Part shown: positions 1 to 7,472 of the stretch, in pieces
Numbering within the stretch: the stretch's first letter is position 1
Layout: every line of letters begins with the position of its first letter
Virus record (IMG/VR): IMGVR_UViG_3300045988_068058
Location: 1 to 44,843 of that record
Source of the DNA: a virus
Strand: one strand, 5' to 3'
Length of the DNA stretch: 44,843 nucleotides
Program-made: the position numbers and the translations under genes
The notes under the pieces: model-generated
What the model was told of the DNA's origin: nothing
Database searches by the model: none
The model's input: only the letters and a program-made list of their open reading frames with translations

Positions 1-75
1 AAGACGAGATATACAAGGCACGTCTTACACTGACTCTTCTGGACAGAGCCAAGGAGCTTGGCGTAAAAAAAAAAT
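1..75. repeat. Terminal direct repeat identical to 44769..44843 (assembly overlap of a circular or permuted genome)
   Basis: Base-by-base identity, read by eye, including the A10 run. The repeat lies inside an ORF. Confidence 0.9.
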
Positions 76-1829
76 TTGAGGATTTGCTGAAGGCTTACAC
101 GAAAGTACAGAAGCAGATGATCGAAAAAGAGAAAAACAATAGAACAGTGTCTATGCTGGACCAGTGGACTAATTTCTCTGATTGTGAATATGACAGAATG
201 AAGTGCCTTAACTGGGTAGCGGATGATGATGGAATTAGAATTTCAAACACAAATCCAGGATCGCCGGATATTATAGCTTGCTATCATCCTATTCTTCCGA
301 TTGAACGAATGAAGAATCTGGAAACCGGAGAAGAACAGATAAAGCTAATCTATAAGAGAAACAATAAATGGTCTGAGGTTATAGTACCGAAAACCATGGT
401 TGCATCATCTACTAAAATCGTTGGCTTGTCTGCACTTGGGATTTCAGTAACTTCAGAGAATGCGAAGTTTCTTGTGCGGTATCTGTCAGATGTTGAGAAT
501 GCAAATGACGATTATATTAACATTCAGTATTCATCAAGCAAAATTGGGTGGATCAGGGATTATTTTCTTCCCTACGACAAGGATATTGTATTCGATGGAG
601 ATATGCGGTTCCGACAACTGTATGAAAGTATTAGTGTAGGTGGCAGCAGAACAGAATGGTATGAGCACGTGAAGAAGGTTCGTGCCACTGGAAGAATAGA
701 GCCGAAAATCATGTTGGCTGCAAGTTTCGCTAGTATTCTGATCAAACTGATCGGTGCTCTTCCGTTTTTTGTAGACCTCTGGGGAGAAACTGAGGGTGGC
801 AAGACCGTAACACTTATGCTAGGAGCTTCCGTCTGGGCAAATCCGGGTGAATCTAGGTACATAGGAGACTTCAAGACAACAGATGTGGCTTTGGAAGCAA
901 AATCTGATATGCTCAATAATCTTCCACTAATTCTGGATGATACTTCCAAGGTGTCTGCCAAGATTAGGGATAACTTTGAAGGGATTGTGTACGATTTGTG
1001 TTCCGGTAAAGGAAAGAGCCGTTCTAATAAGGAGTTGGGCGTGAACCGGGAGAATCGCTGGCAGAACTGCATTCTGACCAATGGTGAACGTCCACTTGCC
1101 GGATATGTCAGCCAAGGTGGAGCTATTAACCGAATTATTGAGGTTGAGTGTTCTGAAAAGATATTTGATGATCCGCAGCTTACCGCGGATACCCTTAAAA
1201 AGAACTACGGATATGCAGGAATCGACTTTGTGAACGCAGTCAAGGAAATGTCCATTGATGATATAAAAGCCCTGCAAAAGCACTATCAGGGTCTTATACA
1301 GGACGATGATAAGATGCAAAAGCAAAGTATATCTATGAGTATCATTCTGGTAGCAGATAAAATCGCAACAGATCAGCTATTTCATGATGGCCAGTACATT
1401 GACATTGAGACGACTAAGAATCTTCTGACAGAGAAAGAAATGGTGTCTGAAAATGAGCGCGCTTACTGGTTTGTACTTGATAAAATTGCCATGAACGGAA
1501 TTAAATTCGATGATAACCCAGATATCAAAACAGAAAGATGGGGAATTATTGACAATGACCCGGTAGAGAAGACATCAATCGCAATAATTTATAGCGCAGC
1601 GTTTGATGATCTGTGCAAAATTGGAAGATTCTCCAGAAAGGCGTTCTTGTCATGGGCTGTTAAGAAAGGACTTGTGGAAACCGACAGCAGAGGTTATCCG
1701 ACCAAAGCGAAGAAGCTGGACGGAATTGTCACTAAATGCGTGTTCTTAAAAATTGTAGATGAAATTCCAAAAGGATTTGCGAATTGTAATGATGATTTTG
1801 AGATTACAGACGATATTGTGTTTGATTGA
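1..1829 (+). CDS. P-loop replicative helicase, DUF927/SF3-like (C-terminal part; the ORF starts at ATG 44702 and crosses the junction; 631 aa in total)
   Basis: Walker A WGETEGGKT and Walker B LPLILDD. The frame is open from base 3 and continuous with 44702..44843. It sits beside a CHC2 zinc-finger gene and an iteron region. Confidence 0.8.
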   Translation, partial: DEIYKARLTLTLLDRAKELGVKKKFEDLLKAYTKVQKQMIEKEKNNRTVSMLDQWTNFSDCEYDRMKCLNWVADDDGIRISNTNPGSPDIIACYHPILPIERMKNLETGEEQIKLIYKRNNKWSEVIVPKTMVASSTKIVGLSALGISVTSENAKFLVRYLSDVENANDDYINIQYSSSKIGWIRDYFLPYDKDIVFDGDMRFRQLYESISVGGSRTEWYEHVKKVRATGRIEPKIMLAASFASILIKLIGALPFFVDLWGETEGGKTVTLMLGASVWANPGESRYIGDFKTTDVALEAKSDMLNNLPLILDDTSKVSAKIRDNFEGIVYDLCSGKGKSRSNKELGVNRENRWQNCILTNGERPLAGYVSQGGAINRIIEVECSEKIFDDPQLTADTLKKNYGYAGIDFVNAVKEMSIDDIKALQKHYQGLIQDDDKMQKQSISMSIILVADKIATDQLFHDGQYIDIETTKNLLTEKEMVSENERAYWFVLDKIAMNGIKFDDNPDIKTERWGIIDNDPVEKTSIAIIYSAAFDDLCKIGRFSRKAFLSWAVKKGLVETDSRGYPTKAKKLDGIVTKCVFLKIVDEIPKGFANCNDDFEITDDIVFD

Positions 1830-1847
1830 CAAACAATTCGTCAAAAA

Positions 1848-2033
1848 GGTAACCGGGTAACCTAGGTAACCTTTGATTCTGCATATATATATATGAATAT
1901 TTATATGTACATATTGAGTATAAAAGTTTCCCTATATGAGAAGGTCAGGGTTACTCGGTTACTCGGTTACCTGCCAGTAAAATCAAGGGTTTGCGGATTT
2001 TCGCTCGGTTACTTCTCGGTTAACAAAGGTTAC
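1848..2033. repeat. Putative replication origin: GGTAACC/GGTTAC iterons flanking an AT-rich core
   Basis: GGTAACC at 1848, 1856 and 1865. AT-rich stretch with a (TA)n run at ~1880-1945. GGTTAC at 1949, 1957 and 1965 (8-nt phasing), then at 2007 and 2028, plus GGTTAA at 2018. Confidence 0.6.
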
Positions 2034-2103
2034 TTGTATTAAAATAATATAAATATATTATATTTATAAAAATTAAATAGATAGTATACAGTACATTGTA
2101 TAC
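2034..2103 (+). promoter_or_regulatory. Candidate early promoter (TTGTAT-N16-TATTAT) followed by inverted repeat GTATACAG-TACA-TTGTATAC
   Basis: -35 at 2034-2039 and -10 at 2056-2061. Inverted repeat at 2084-2103 lies just upstream of the RBS of ORF 2118. The AT-rich context makes the promoter call weak. Confidence 0.3.
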
Positions 2104-2117
2104 AATATTCAAAGGAG

Positions 2118-2384
2118 ATGATAAAAATAAAAGTAGAAGCAAAGGATATTCCGTATATTCAAAGGTTTATGACTGAATTCTGGAAAGCTATAAAAGATTT
2201 CTATTTAGCCGAACTTACAAACGAATATTCCAAGCAGGCCACTGATCGTCTGATAGAACTTAGAGAGTATGCGGAAATGTGCCCTGATGATAATGATAAA
2301 CAGTTTATTAAGAATTGTCTAGTTGCTTTTAATAAGCTATTAGATTCTAAACAGAGGGAAGTGAAAAAGAATGTACAACACTAA
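2118..2384 (+). CDS. Hypothetical early protein
   Basis: RBS AAAGGAG 6 nt upstream; 88-aa ORF overlapping the next gene. Confidence 0.6.
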   Translation: MIKIKVEAKDIPYIQRFMTEFWKAIKDFYLAELTNEYSKQATDRLIELREYAEMCPDDNDKQFIKNCLVAFNKLLDSKQREVKKNVQH

Positions 2385-2628
2385 GAATAAATGCGAACAG
2401 GGACAGGCACTTAGAAAAGAAATCTACATGTATGTAGTAAGCTACTTTAAACTTGTTGGATATGCGCCATCGGTCAGCGAGATTTGCGAGAAAGTAGACG
2501 CAAGCAGAGCTACCATCTGGAGGCATTTGAACCAGCTTATTGATGATGGGTTGCTTAAAACAGCACACCCGAGCACTGATAGAGCCTATGCTCCAACAGG
2601 ATACGGGTTCGGAAAGGTGAAGAAATGA
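2371..2628 (+). CDS. LexA N-terminal-domain-like winged-helix DNA-binding protein (no S24 peptidase domain)
   Basis: GYAPSVSEICEKVDASRATIWRHLNQLIDDGLL parallels the LexA DBD pattern GYPPSVREIGEAVGL.S.STVHGHLARLE.KGLI. Only 85 aa. Confidence 0.7.
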   Translation: MYNTKNKCEQGQALRKEIYMYVVSYFKLVGYAPSVSEICEKVDASRATIWRHLNQLIDDGLLKTAHPSTDRAYAPTGYGFGKVKK

Positions 2629-2637
2629 ACAAAATGC

Positions 2638-2889
2638 GTGAATATGAACGTGGCAGGGAAGATGGCCTTGGCCTTGCTAGACGAATCACCAGAGAGGGCG
2701 GTCTTGAAGCCATACGAGCAGTGTGGAGATTATATTGATTGGTCAGACTTAGGTAAAAGTATATTTGACCGCCCGAAGCCACTGGCAGAAGCACTTGTGA
2801 AAGCTAATTGTCCGTATCTAAAAGTTGGAGAGCACAAAGCTGCGCCGATGATTTACATGCAGAATAACGGGCAGGTAGCATTTGGGTAA
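2638..2889 (+). CDS. Hypothetical protein (start uncertain)
   Basis: 83-aa ORF with a GTG/ATG start and no clear RBS. A competing 37-codon ORF at 2625..2738 is ATGA-coupled to the previous gene, so a frame break is possible. Confidence 0.35.
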   Translation: MNMNVAGKMALALLDESPERAVLKPYEQCGDYIDWSDLGKSIFDRPKPLAEALVKANCPYLKVGEHKAAPMIYMQNNGQVAFG

Positions 2890-2971
2890 GTAAAGTATTA
2901 ATTGAAATTAAATCATAAGAAAGGAGCCAGCCTCCGGCCGGGGCAAGGGTATACCGGACTTCTTAGAGAAA

Positions 2972-4090
2972 ATGAAACAGGGAGTAAGTAAAGTATTTTT
3001 AGACAGACCAGCTTATGCTGATTTTGATTCACCGCATAAATTTAACGCAATTCAGAGTATTGTAGGTAAGCACCTTAAAGAACATCCGAATGCGGTGTGT
3101 TCGTATTCTGGCGGAGCTGACAGTGATATTATGATTGACATTATCGAAAAAGCAAGACACACATTCAATCTTCAGCCAGTGAAATATGTGTTTTTCAATA
3201 CAGGACTCGAAATGAAAGCAACAAAAGACCATGTGAAGAGAACTGCTGAAAAATATGGAGTAGAGATACAGGAATGTAGACCTAAGATAAATATCGTACA
3301 GGCATCAAGAAAATATGGAATCCCATTCGTATCAAAGATCATGTCAGGAAGGCTATCTGACTGGCAAAGGAAAGAAATTCCACTATCTATTGCCGAGGAA
3401 TACGATCAGGCAGAAGACAAAGCAGCAAAGCGTCAGGAACTGAGAGAAAGATATCCGAAATGCGAGAGTGTGATTAATTTCTTGTGCTGCTGTAATGCAG
3501 CCGGAGAACCTAGACCAAATATCCAGCTCATGATTAATTCATCAAAATATATGCGTGACTTTATTGGAGAATATCCACCAGACTTCAAGATAAGCGCAAA
3601 ATGCTGTGATTACTGCAAGAAACAGGTTGCTCATAACATTCAGAAAAATTACGAAATGGTAATTACTGGGGAGCGTAGAGATGAGGGAGGAATGAGGTCG
3701 GTTCCAAGAAAAGACAACACGGCTCTGTGCTTTGCCGAGACAGCTTCAGGACAGTTTCGACTCAGACCACTGTATTATGTCTCGGATAAGGATAAAGCGT
3801 GGTACAAGGAACATTATGGAATCAGATATTCAGACGCTTATGAAGTGTACGGATTGACCAGAACGGGATGCTGTGGCTGCCCGATATCATACAAAGCAGT
3901 AGAAGATCTGGATAAAATAAAAGCATTTGAACCGAATGTTGTAAAAGCAGCATGGAACATTTTCGGAAGAAGCTATACATATCGGATGAAATATAACGAA
4001 TATAAGAAACATAGAAGAGAACAAGAAAAAGCAAAGTCCCTCGACGATACTGTGATTAAAGGGCAGATGAATATTAATGATTTTATTTAG
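2972..4090 (+). CDS. PAPS reductase / PP-loop ATP-pyrophosphatase family protein with C-terminal Cys cluster
   Basis: PP-loop motif CSYSGGADSD. Cys-rich motifs FLCCCNAAG, CCDYCKK and RTGCCGCP. 372 aa. Confidence 0.8.
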   Translation: MKQGVSKVFLDRPAYADFDSPHKFNAIQSIVGKHLKEHPNAVCSYSGGADSDIMIDIIEKARHTFNLQPVKYVFFNTGLEMKATKDHVKRTAEKYGVEIQECRPKINIVQASRKYGIPFVSKIMSGRLSDWQRKEIPLSIAEEYDQAEDKAAKRQELRERYPKCESVINFLCCCNAAGEPRPNIQLMINSSKYMRDFIGEYPPDFKISAKCCDYCKKQVAHNIQKNYEMVITGERRDEGGMRSVPRKDNTALCFAETASGQFRLRPLYYVSDKDKAWYKEHYGIRYSDAYEVYGLTRTGCCGCPISYKAVEDLDKIKAFEPNVVKAAWNIFGRSYTYRMKYNEYKKHRREQEKAKSLDDTVIKGQMNINDFI

Positions 4091-4145
4091 AAATCATGGA
4101 AGACTGCACAATAGCGTGTCAGTTGTTTGCATGGGGAAAGTGAGG

Positions 4146-4541
4146 ATGGAAATGGGAAAATTAAACCCGATAAACAAAGACGATTTAAAAGTCGGAGACG
4201 TGGTTGGAGTCGCAAGAGAAGTATTGAACGGATGGGGAATAGGTTTCAGACACGTCATGGTGTATCCGGCAAAAATTATTCGTATAACTCCTAAACGAAC
4301 CAAAATCGAAACCGACAAGTTCGGAGAACATGATAAATATGAGACATTTTATAAATACGATTCAGAAGCCATAAAAGAAAGCGAAATGGCAAAGAAATTC
4401 AAGGAAATCAGAGATGGTGTATATGCCATTGAAGATTTTAAGTCGAGCCGTGGGCTGAGAGTAATCAAAGACGAAGACTTAGACACACTGTCAGAGCACA
4501 TCAATGCGGTTGCAGAAATTCTGAAAAGTTATGGAAAGTGA
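4146..4541 (+). CDS. Hypothetical protein
   Basis: ATG 4146 follows RBS AAGTGAGG. The track ORF 4077 is probably over-extended at its 5' end. Confidence 0.6.
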   Translation: MEMGKLNPINKDDLKVGDVVGVAREVLNGWGIGFRHVMVYPAKIIRITPKRTKIETDKFGEHDKYETFYKYDSEAIKESEMAKKFKEIRDGVYAIEDFKSSRGLRVIKDEDLDTLSEHINAVAEILKSYGK

Positions 4542-4548
4542 GGACGTA

Positions 4549-4701
4549 ATGACAGAACAGGAAAAGAAGGAACTTCTGGACGAACTTGAAAAGCGCATGG
4601 ACGAGAAATACAAAGGTTGTCTTACCAGAGAAGATGTTGCGACCACATTGAAAGCACCGAGAGAAAAGTGGTTTAGAGATGAAAAACGGACACGGACATA
4701 A
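4549..4701 (+). CDS. Hypothetical 50-aa protein (possibly the N-terminal part of a frame-broken gene)
   Basis: RBS GTGAGG 5 nt upstream. The ORF ends 23 nt inside ORF 4679..4912, just after an A5 run. Confidence 0.4.
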   Translation: MTEQEKKELLDELEKRMDEKYKGCLTREDVATTLKAPREKWFRDEKRTRT

Positions 4702-4912
4702 TTCTTTAATGTCAGAAGCTTTTGATTCTTCTATTATCTCATGGCAGGTCTGGGAAACAATCAGGAAGTTGACCTGCGTTGTGTGCGGTAAGCAGTACGT
4801 TAGACAGCTTGCAAATATAGAGAATGCAGATGAGATCGCAGAGAAACTTTGCCAGTTTGTTTGTGATTTGAAGATGGAATTTAAGGAGCAGGAGAACGGA
4901 AATGAAAAATAA
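4679..4912 (+). CDS. Hypothetical protein (possibly the C-terminal part of a frame-broken gene)
   Basis: 77-aa ORF with a weak RBS that overlaps 4549..4701 in another frame. Confidence 0.45.
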   Translation: MKNGHGHNSLMSEAFDSSIISWQVWETIRKLTCVVCGKQYVRQLANIENADEIAEKLCQFVCDLKMEFKEQENGNEK

Positions 4913-5150
4913 TAATTACGCTTCATTCTTCAAAACGAAACCAAAGAAAGTAGAGAGATACATTCGTTGCAGAAAATGTGGTGCTGCTATGGATGATAGA
5001 GATTTTCCTTTTATAATCAAGTGTCATAAATGCGGATATTCGTTTCAGGCAAAGCCTCATGAACCAGATTGTATCAAACTGCCAGAAACATTGGAAGAAT
5101 ATTTTGAATTATATGAGAAAATGAGAGGTGCAGAAAAATGGAGAAATTAA
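4902..5150 (+). CDS. Zinc-ribbon protein
   Basis: CRKCG...CHKCG pair; overlaps the neighbouring ORFs. Confidence 0.6.
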   Translation: MKNNNYASFFKTKPKKVERYIRCRKCGAAMDDRDFPFIIKCHKCGYSFQAKPHEPDCIKLPETLEEYFELYEKMRGAEKWRN

Positions 5151-5365
5151 AACCTTGTCCGTTTTGTGGGAAAGATATAGATACAGAGAAAAATGTATAC
5201 ACTCCAGAGAGAGACTGGGCACCGTCTTTTTACGATCCTGACAGCGGAGGATTACCAGTAAGTATTCGTTGCGAATGCGGATTAGAATTTTGTCCGGGCA
5301 CATGGGATTGGGAAGAAGCTATTAAATCATGGAATAAAAGAGTAAACGAGGAGGACACAAAATGA
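5138..5365 (+). CDS. Lar-family restriction-alleviation-like protein
   Basis: N-terminal LKPCPFCG, internal CECG, and C-terminal EEAIKSWNKR match the recalled Lar_restr_allev signature. Confidence 0.6.
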   Translation: MEKLKPCPFCGKDIDTEKNVYTPERDWAPSFYDPDSGGLPVSIRCECGLEFCPGTWDWEEAIKSWNKRVNEEDTK

Positions 5366-5700
5366 AATTATATTTCTACATTTTGGATACAGACAGAAAA
5401 ACAGGTAAATGGAATCTTCATCTTGAAGAATGCGAAGTAATGGAAAAGTCGAAGACATACAAACCGGTGGATAAATTCCCACATGGAGTATGGAACAGTT
5501 TCATCAAAAAGGAAAGCATTGGTCATTTTGCTGATAGCTTTTTAAATATTGTCGTGCTGGACAAGCCGGATTATGAAAAAGCAAAAGAGGTATTCATGCT
5601 TAAATACAATTCGATCATCAGAGAGGCGCAGGCGACTATTTCTAAGACCGAAGAAATGGTAGCGGCAGTTGAAAATTTTAAGGAGGACGCAAAATGTTAA
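5362..5700 (+). CDS. Hypothetical protein
   Basis: ATGA overlap with the previous ORF; 112 aa. Confidence 0.6.
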   Translation: MKLYFYILDTDRKTGKWNLHLEECEVMEKSKTYKPVDKFPHGVWNSFIKKESIGHFADSFLNIVVLDKPDYEKAKEVFMLKYNSIIREAQATISKTEEMVAAVENFKEDAKC

Positions 5701-6041
5701 TCATAAGTCAGGGTAAAAAGCATCTTATTGAAATGAATAAAATAATTATTCAAGCATCAGGAACAGAGGTTATATGCTACGACACATCATGTATTGCAGA
5801 CGAAGGGTATATATGTTTAGGAAAATATGAGTCAGAATCCAAAGCCCTGAAAGTACTGGATATGATTCAGGAAGCCTATGTGGAATATAAAATTACTTGT
5901 ACTTTTTTGACAGGCTTTACAGGGCATCGAGTAATTGTGGAATCAAACGATATTTGCGTTAATGGTTTTAAAGAACTTGCAGAAGGCTTTAAAAAGAATA
6001 TGGTCTTTCAGATGCCAGAGGATTCGGAGGTGGAAGTATGA
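5694..6041 (+). CDS. Hypothetical protein
   Basis: Overlapping start; 115 aa. Confidence 0.6.
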   Translation: MLIISQGKKHLIEMNKIIIQASGTEVICYDTSCIADEGYICLGKYESESKALKVLDMIQEAYVEYKITCTFLTGFTGHRVIVESNDICVNGFKELAEGFKKNMVFQMPEDSEVEV

Positions 6042-6256
6042 AGTATAAATGCGTAAAGTCATTCATGTTAGACACCTATGATGGTGATGGATTTTATGTT
6101 GACGGATATATGGAAATTAAGGCAGGAGAAATCTATGAAGTTGGGAATGAAAAAATAATTGACGGAGAAATTCATCTTGACGGAGTAAATGTTAACAGAT
6201 GGATTGAGATATCAAAAGAAACACTGGATGAGTATTTTGAAGAGGTGGAAGTATGA
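6038..6256 (+). CDS. Hypothetical protein
   Basis: ATGA overlap; 72 aa. Confidence 0.6.
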   Translation: MKYKCVKSFMLDTYDGDGFYVDGYMEIKAGEIYEVGNEKIIDGEIHLDGVNVNRWIEISKETLDEYFEEVEV

Positions 6257-6603
6257 GTGATGCAATGGAACTTATTCAAAATGAAGATGGCACATTTAGT
6301 GCATACGATGATACCTACGACATTACAATACATTGTGAGACAGAAGAAGAACAGAAGAAAGTTATCAAGAGATTGTCTACTGACTGGATTCCGGTCAGTG
6401 AGAGATTGCCAGAAAGTACGTTACCTGTGCTTTGTCGGGTCAAAAGTACAACTATATCCTGCACGGAAACTTATATCATTGGTTCATACTGTAATGGATG
6501 CTGGTTCTTCCAAAATGATACGGTCGGGACACATAGTTTTCCACTGAGCGAATACAAAGTTTTGGCATGGATGCCATTACCAGAACCATATGAGGAGGAC
6601 TGA
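6253..6603 (+). CDS. DUF551-like phage protein
   Basis: DWIPVSERLPE ... VLAWMPLPEPY pattern recalled from DUF551. Confidence 0.65.
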   Translation: MSDAMELIQNEDGTFSAYDDTYDITIHCETEEEQKKVIKRLSTDWIPVSERLPESTLPVLCRVKSTTISCTETYIIGSYCNGCWFFQNDTVGTHSFPLSEYKVLAWMPLPEPYEED

Positions 6604-6605
6604 AT

Positions 6606-6773
6606 ATGGCAAAAATAACACAATGCCAAGGTGAGGGGCAGGGAAGCTGTAAACGATGTAATGACAAGGGAATCTGGAATGTAAATTGGATGTGTTTTCT
6701 TTACAAAATAGAAGGGCTTGAAGGCTGTTACTGTAGAAAATGCGTTAAAGAAATAATGTGTGAGGAGGACTAA
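6606..6773 (+). CDS. Cys-rich 55-aa protein
   Basis: ATG lies 2 nt after the previous stop. Sequence MAKITQCQGEGQGSCKRCNDKG...CYCRKC. Below the size cutoff of the ORF track. Confidence 0.45.
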   Translation: MAKITQCQGEGQGSCKRCNDKGIWNVNWMCFLYKIEGLEGCYCRKCVKEIMCEED

Positions 6774-6778
6774 AAAAC

Positions 6779-6967
6779 ATGGAAATGTCAATTTTTGAGA
6801 AATACGGCAAGACCTACACCAGATTCAAGATTACACTAAAAGAATTTAAATCTTGGCAAGGTTTGCTTGAGATAAAGTATTGTATTGATACTTCTGAGCC
6901 AATCAAGAAAAACAGCAGATACATTTATTTCGAGAAAGAAGGAGATTGGATTAATGGGAAGATGTAA
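6779..6967 (+). CDS. Hypothetical protein
   Basis: 62-aa ORF in tight spacing with its neighbours. Confidence 0.45.
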   Translation: MEMSIFEKYGKTYTRFKITLKEFKSWQGLLEIKYCIDTSEPIKKNSRYIYFEKEGDWINGKM

Positions 6968-7097
6968 ATTAGACTGCCCGGACGGCGAAACAGAATGCTG
7001 CATCTGCTGTACGAAACAGGATTCCTGCCAGTGCAGATGTGATGATATGGACAGTTATGAATATGCGGAGGAGTGCGAAGATTATGAGACTGATTGA
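6954..7097 (+). CDS. Cys-rich acidic 47-aa protein
   Basis: RBS GAAGGAG upstream of ATG 6954. Sequence MGRCKLDCPDGETECCICCTKQDSCQCRCDD. Confidence 0.45.
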   Translation: MGRCKLDCPDGETECCICCTKQDSCQCRCDDMDSYEYAEECEDYETD

Positions 7098-7320
7098 TGC
7101 GAATGCAATGAATGAAGAGTTATTTTACAAGCAAGTTGGAGGAAAAGACAGTTTAATTACGGCAGAAAGTGCGTTTAAAATGATTGACGCGCAGCCGACC
7201 GCCTATGATGTGGAAGCAGTTGTGGAGCAGTTGGACACATACATAACAAAACTGGTTGGAAGAAATGCTGCACTATATCAGACAGTTATGCAGATCGTGA
7301 AAGGCGGTGGAGTTGAATGA
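7084..7320 (+). CDS. Hypothetical protein
   Basis: ATG 7084 (MRLIDANAM...) lies within track ORF 7039. Confidence 0.55.
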   Translation: MRLIDANAMNEELFYKQVGGKDSLITAESAFKMIDAQPTAYDVEAVVEQLDTYITKLVGRNAALYQTVMQIVKGGGVE

Positions 7321-7472
7321 GTAAAGGAAAAGACATTGCCACTATGTTCACAAGAGAAGAAAATAAAAAGAATGGAAGACTCGGATATGGAATGGCTACC
7401 AGAGAGAAGAAAGATGTTATCAGTCCGGCACACTATGGAGCGTTTTTGCAGAAAAGAGGTAAGAGAAAATGA
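7317..7472 (+). CDS. Hypothetical basic 51-aa protein
   Basis: ATGA overlap at both ends. Confidence 0.4.
   Translation: MSKGKDIATMFTREENKKNGRLGYGMATREKKDVISPAHYGAFLQKRGKRK

Noticed and set aside
1848-2033. CRISPR-like array (also considered for 35398-35470)
   Set aside because: The repeat units are only 6-10 nt, contiguous or irregularly spaced, with no unique 25-40-nt spacers. There are no cas genes. The layout fits iterons or binding-site clusters instead.
2625-2738. 37-codon ORF (MNKMREYERGREDGLGLARRITREGGLEAIRAVWRLY) ATGA-coupled to the LexA-like gene and overlapping ORF 2638..2889
   Set aside because: I could not decide between the two overlapping frames, or whether this is a fourth frame break, without homologues. 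Only the longer ORF is listed, at low confidence.
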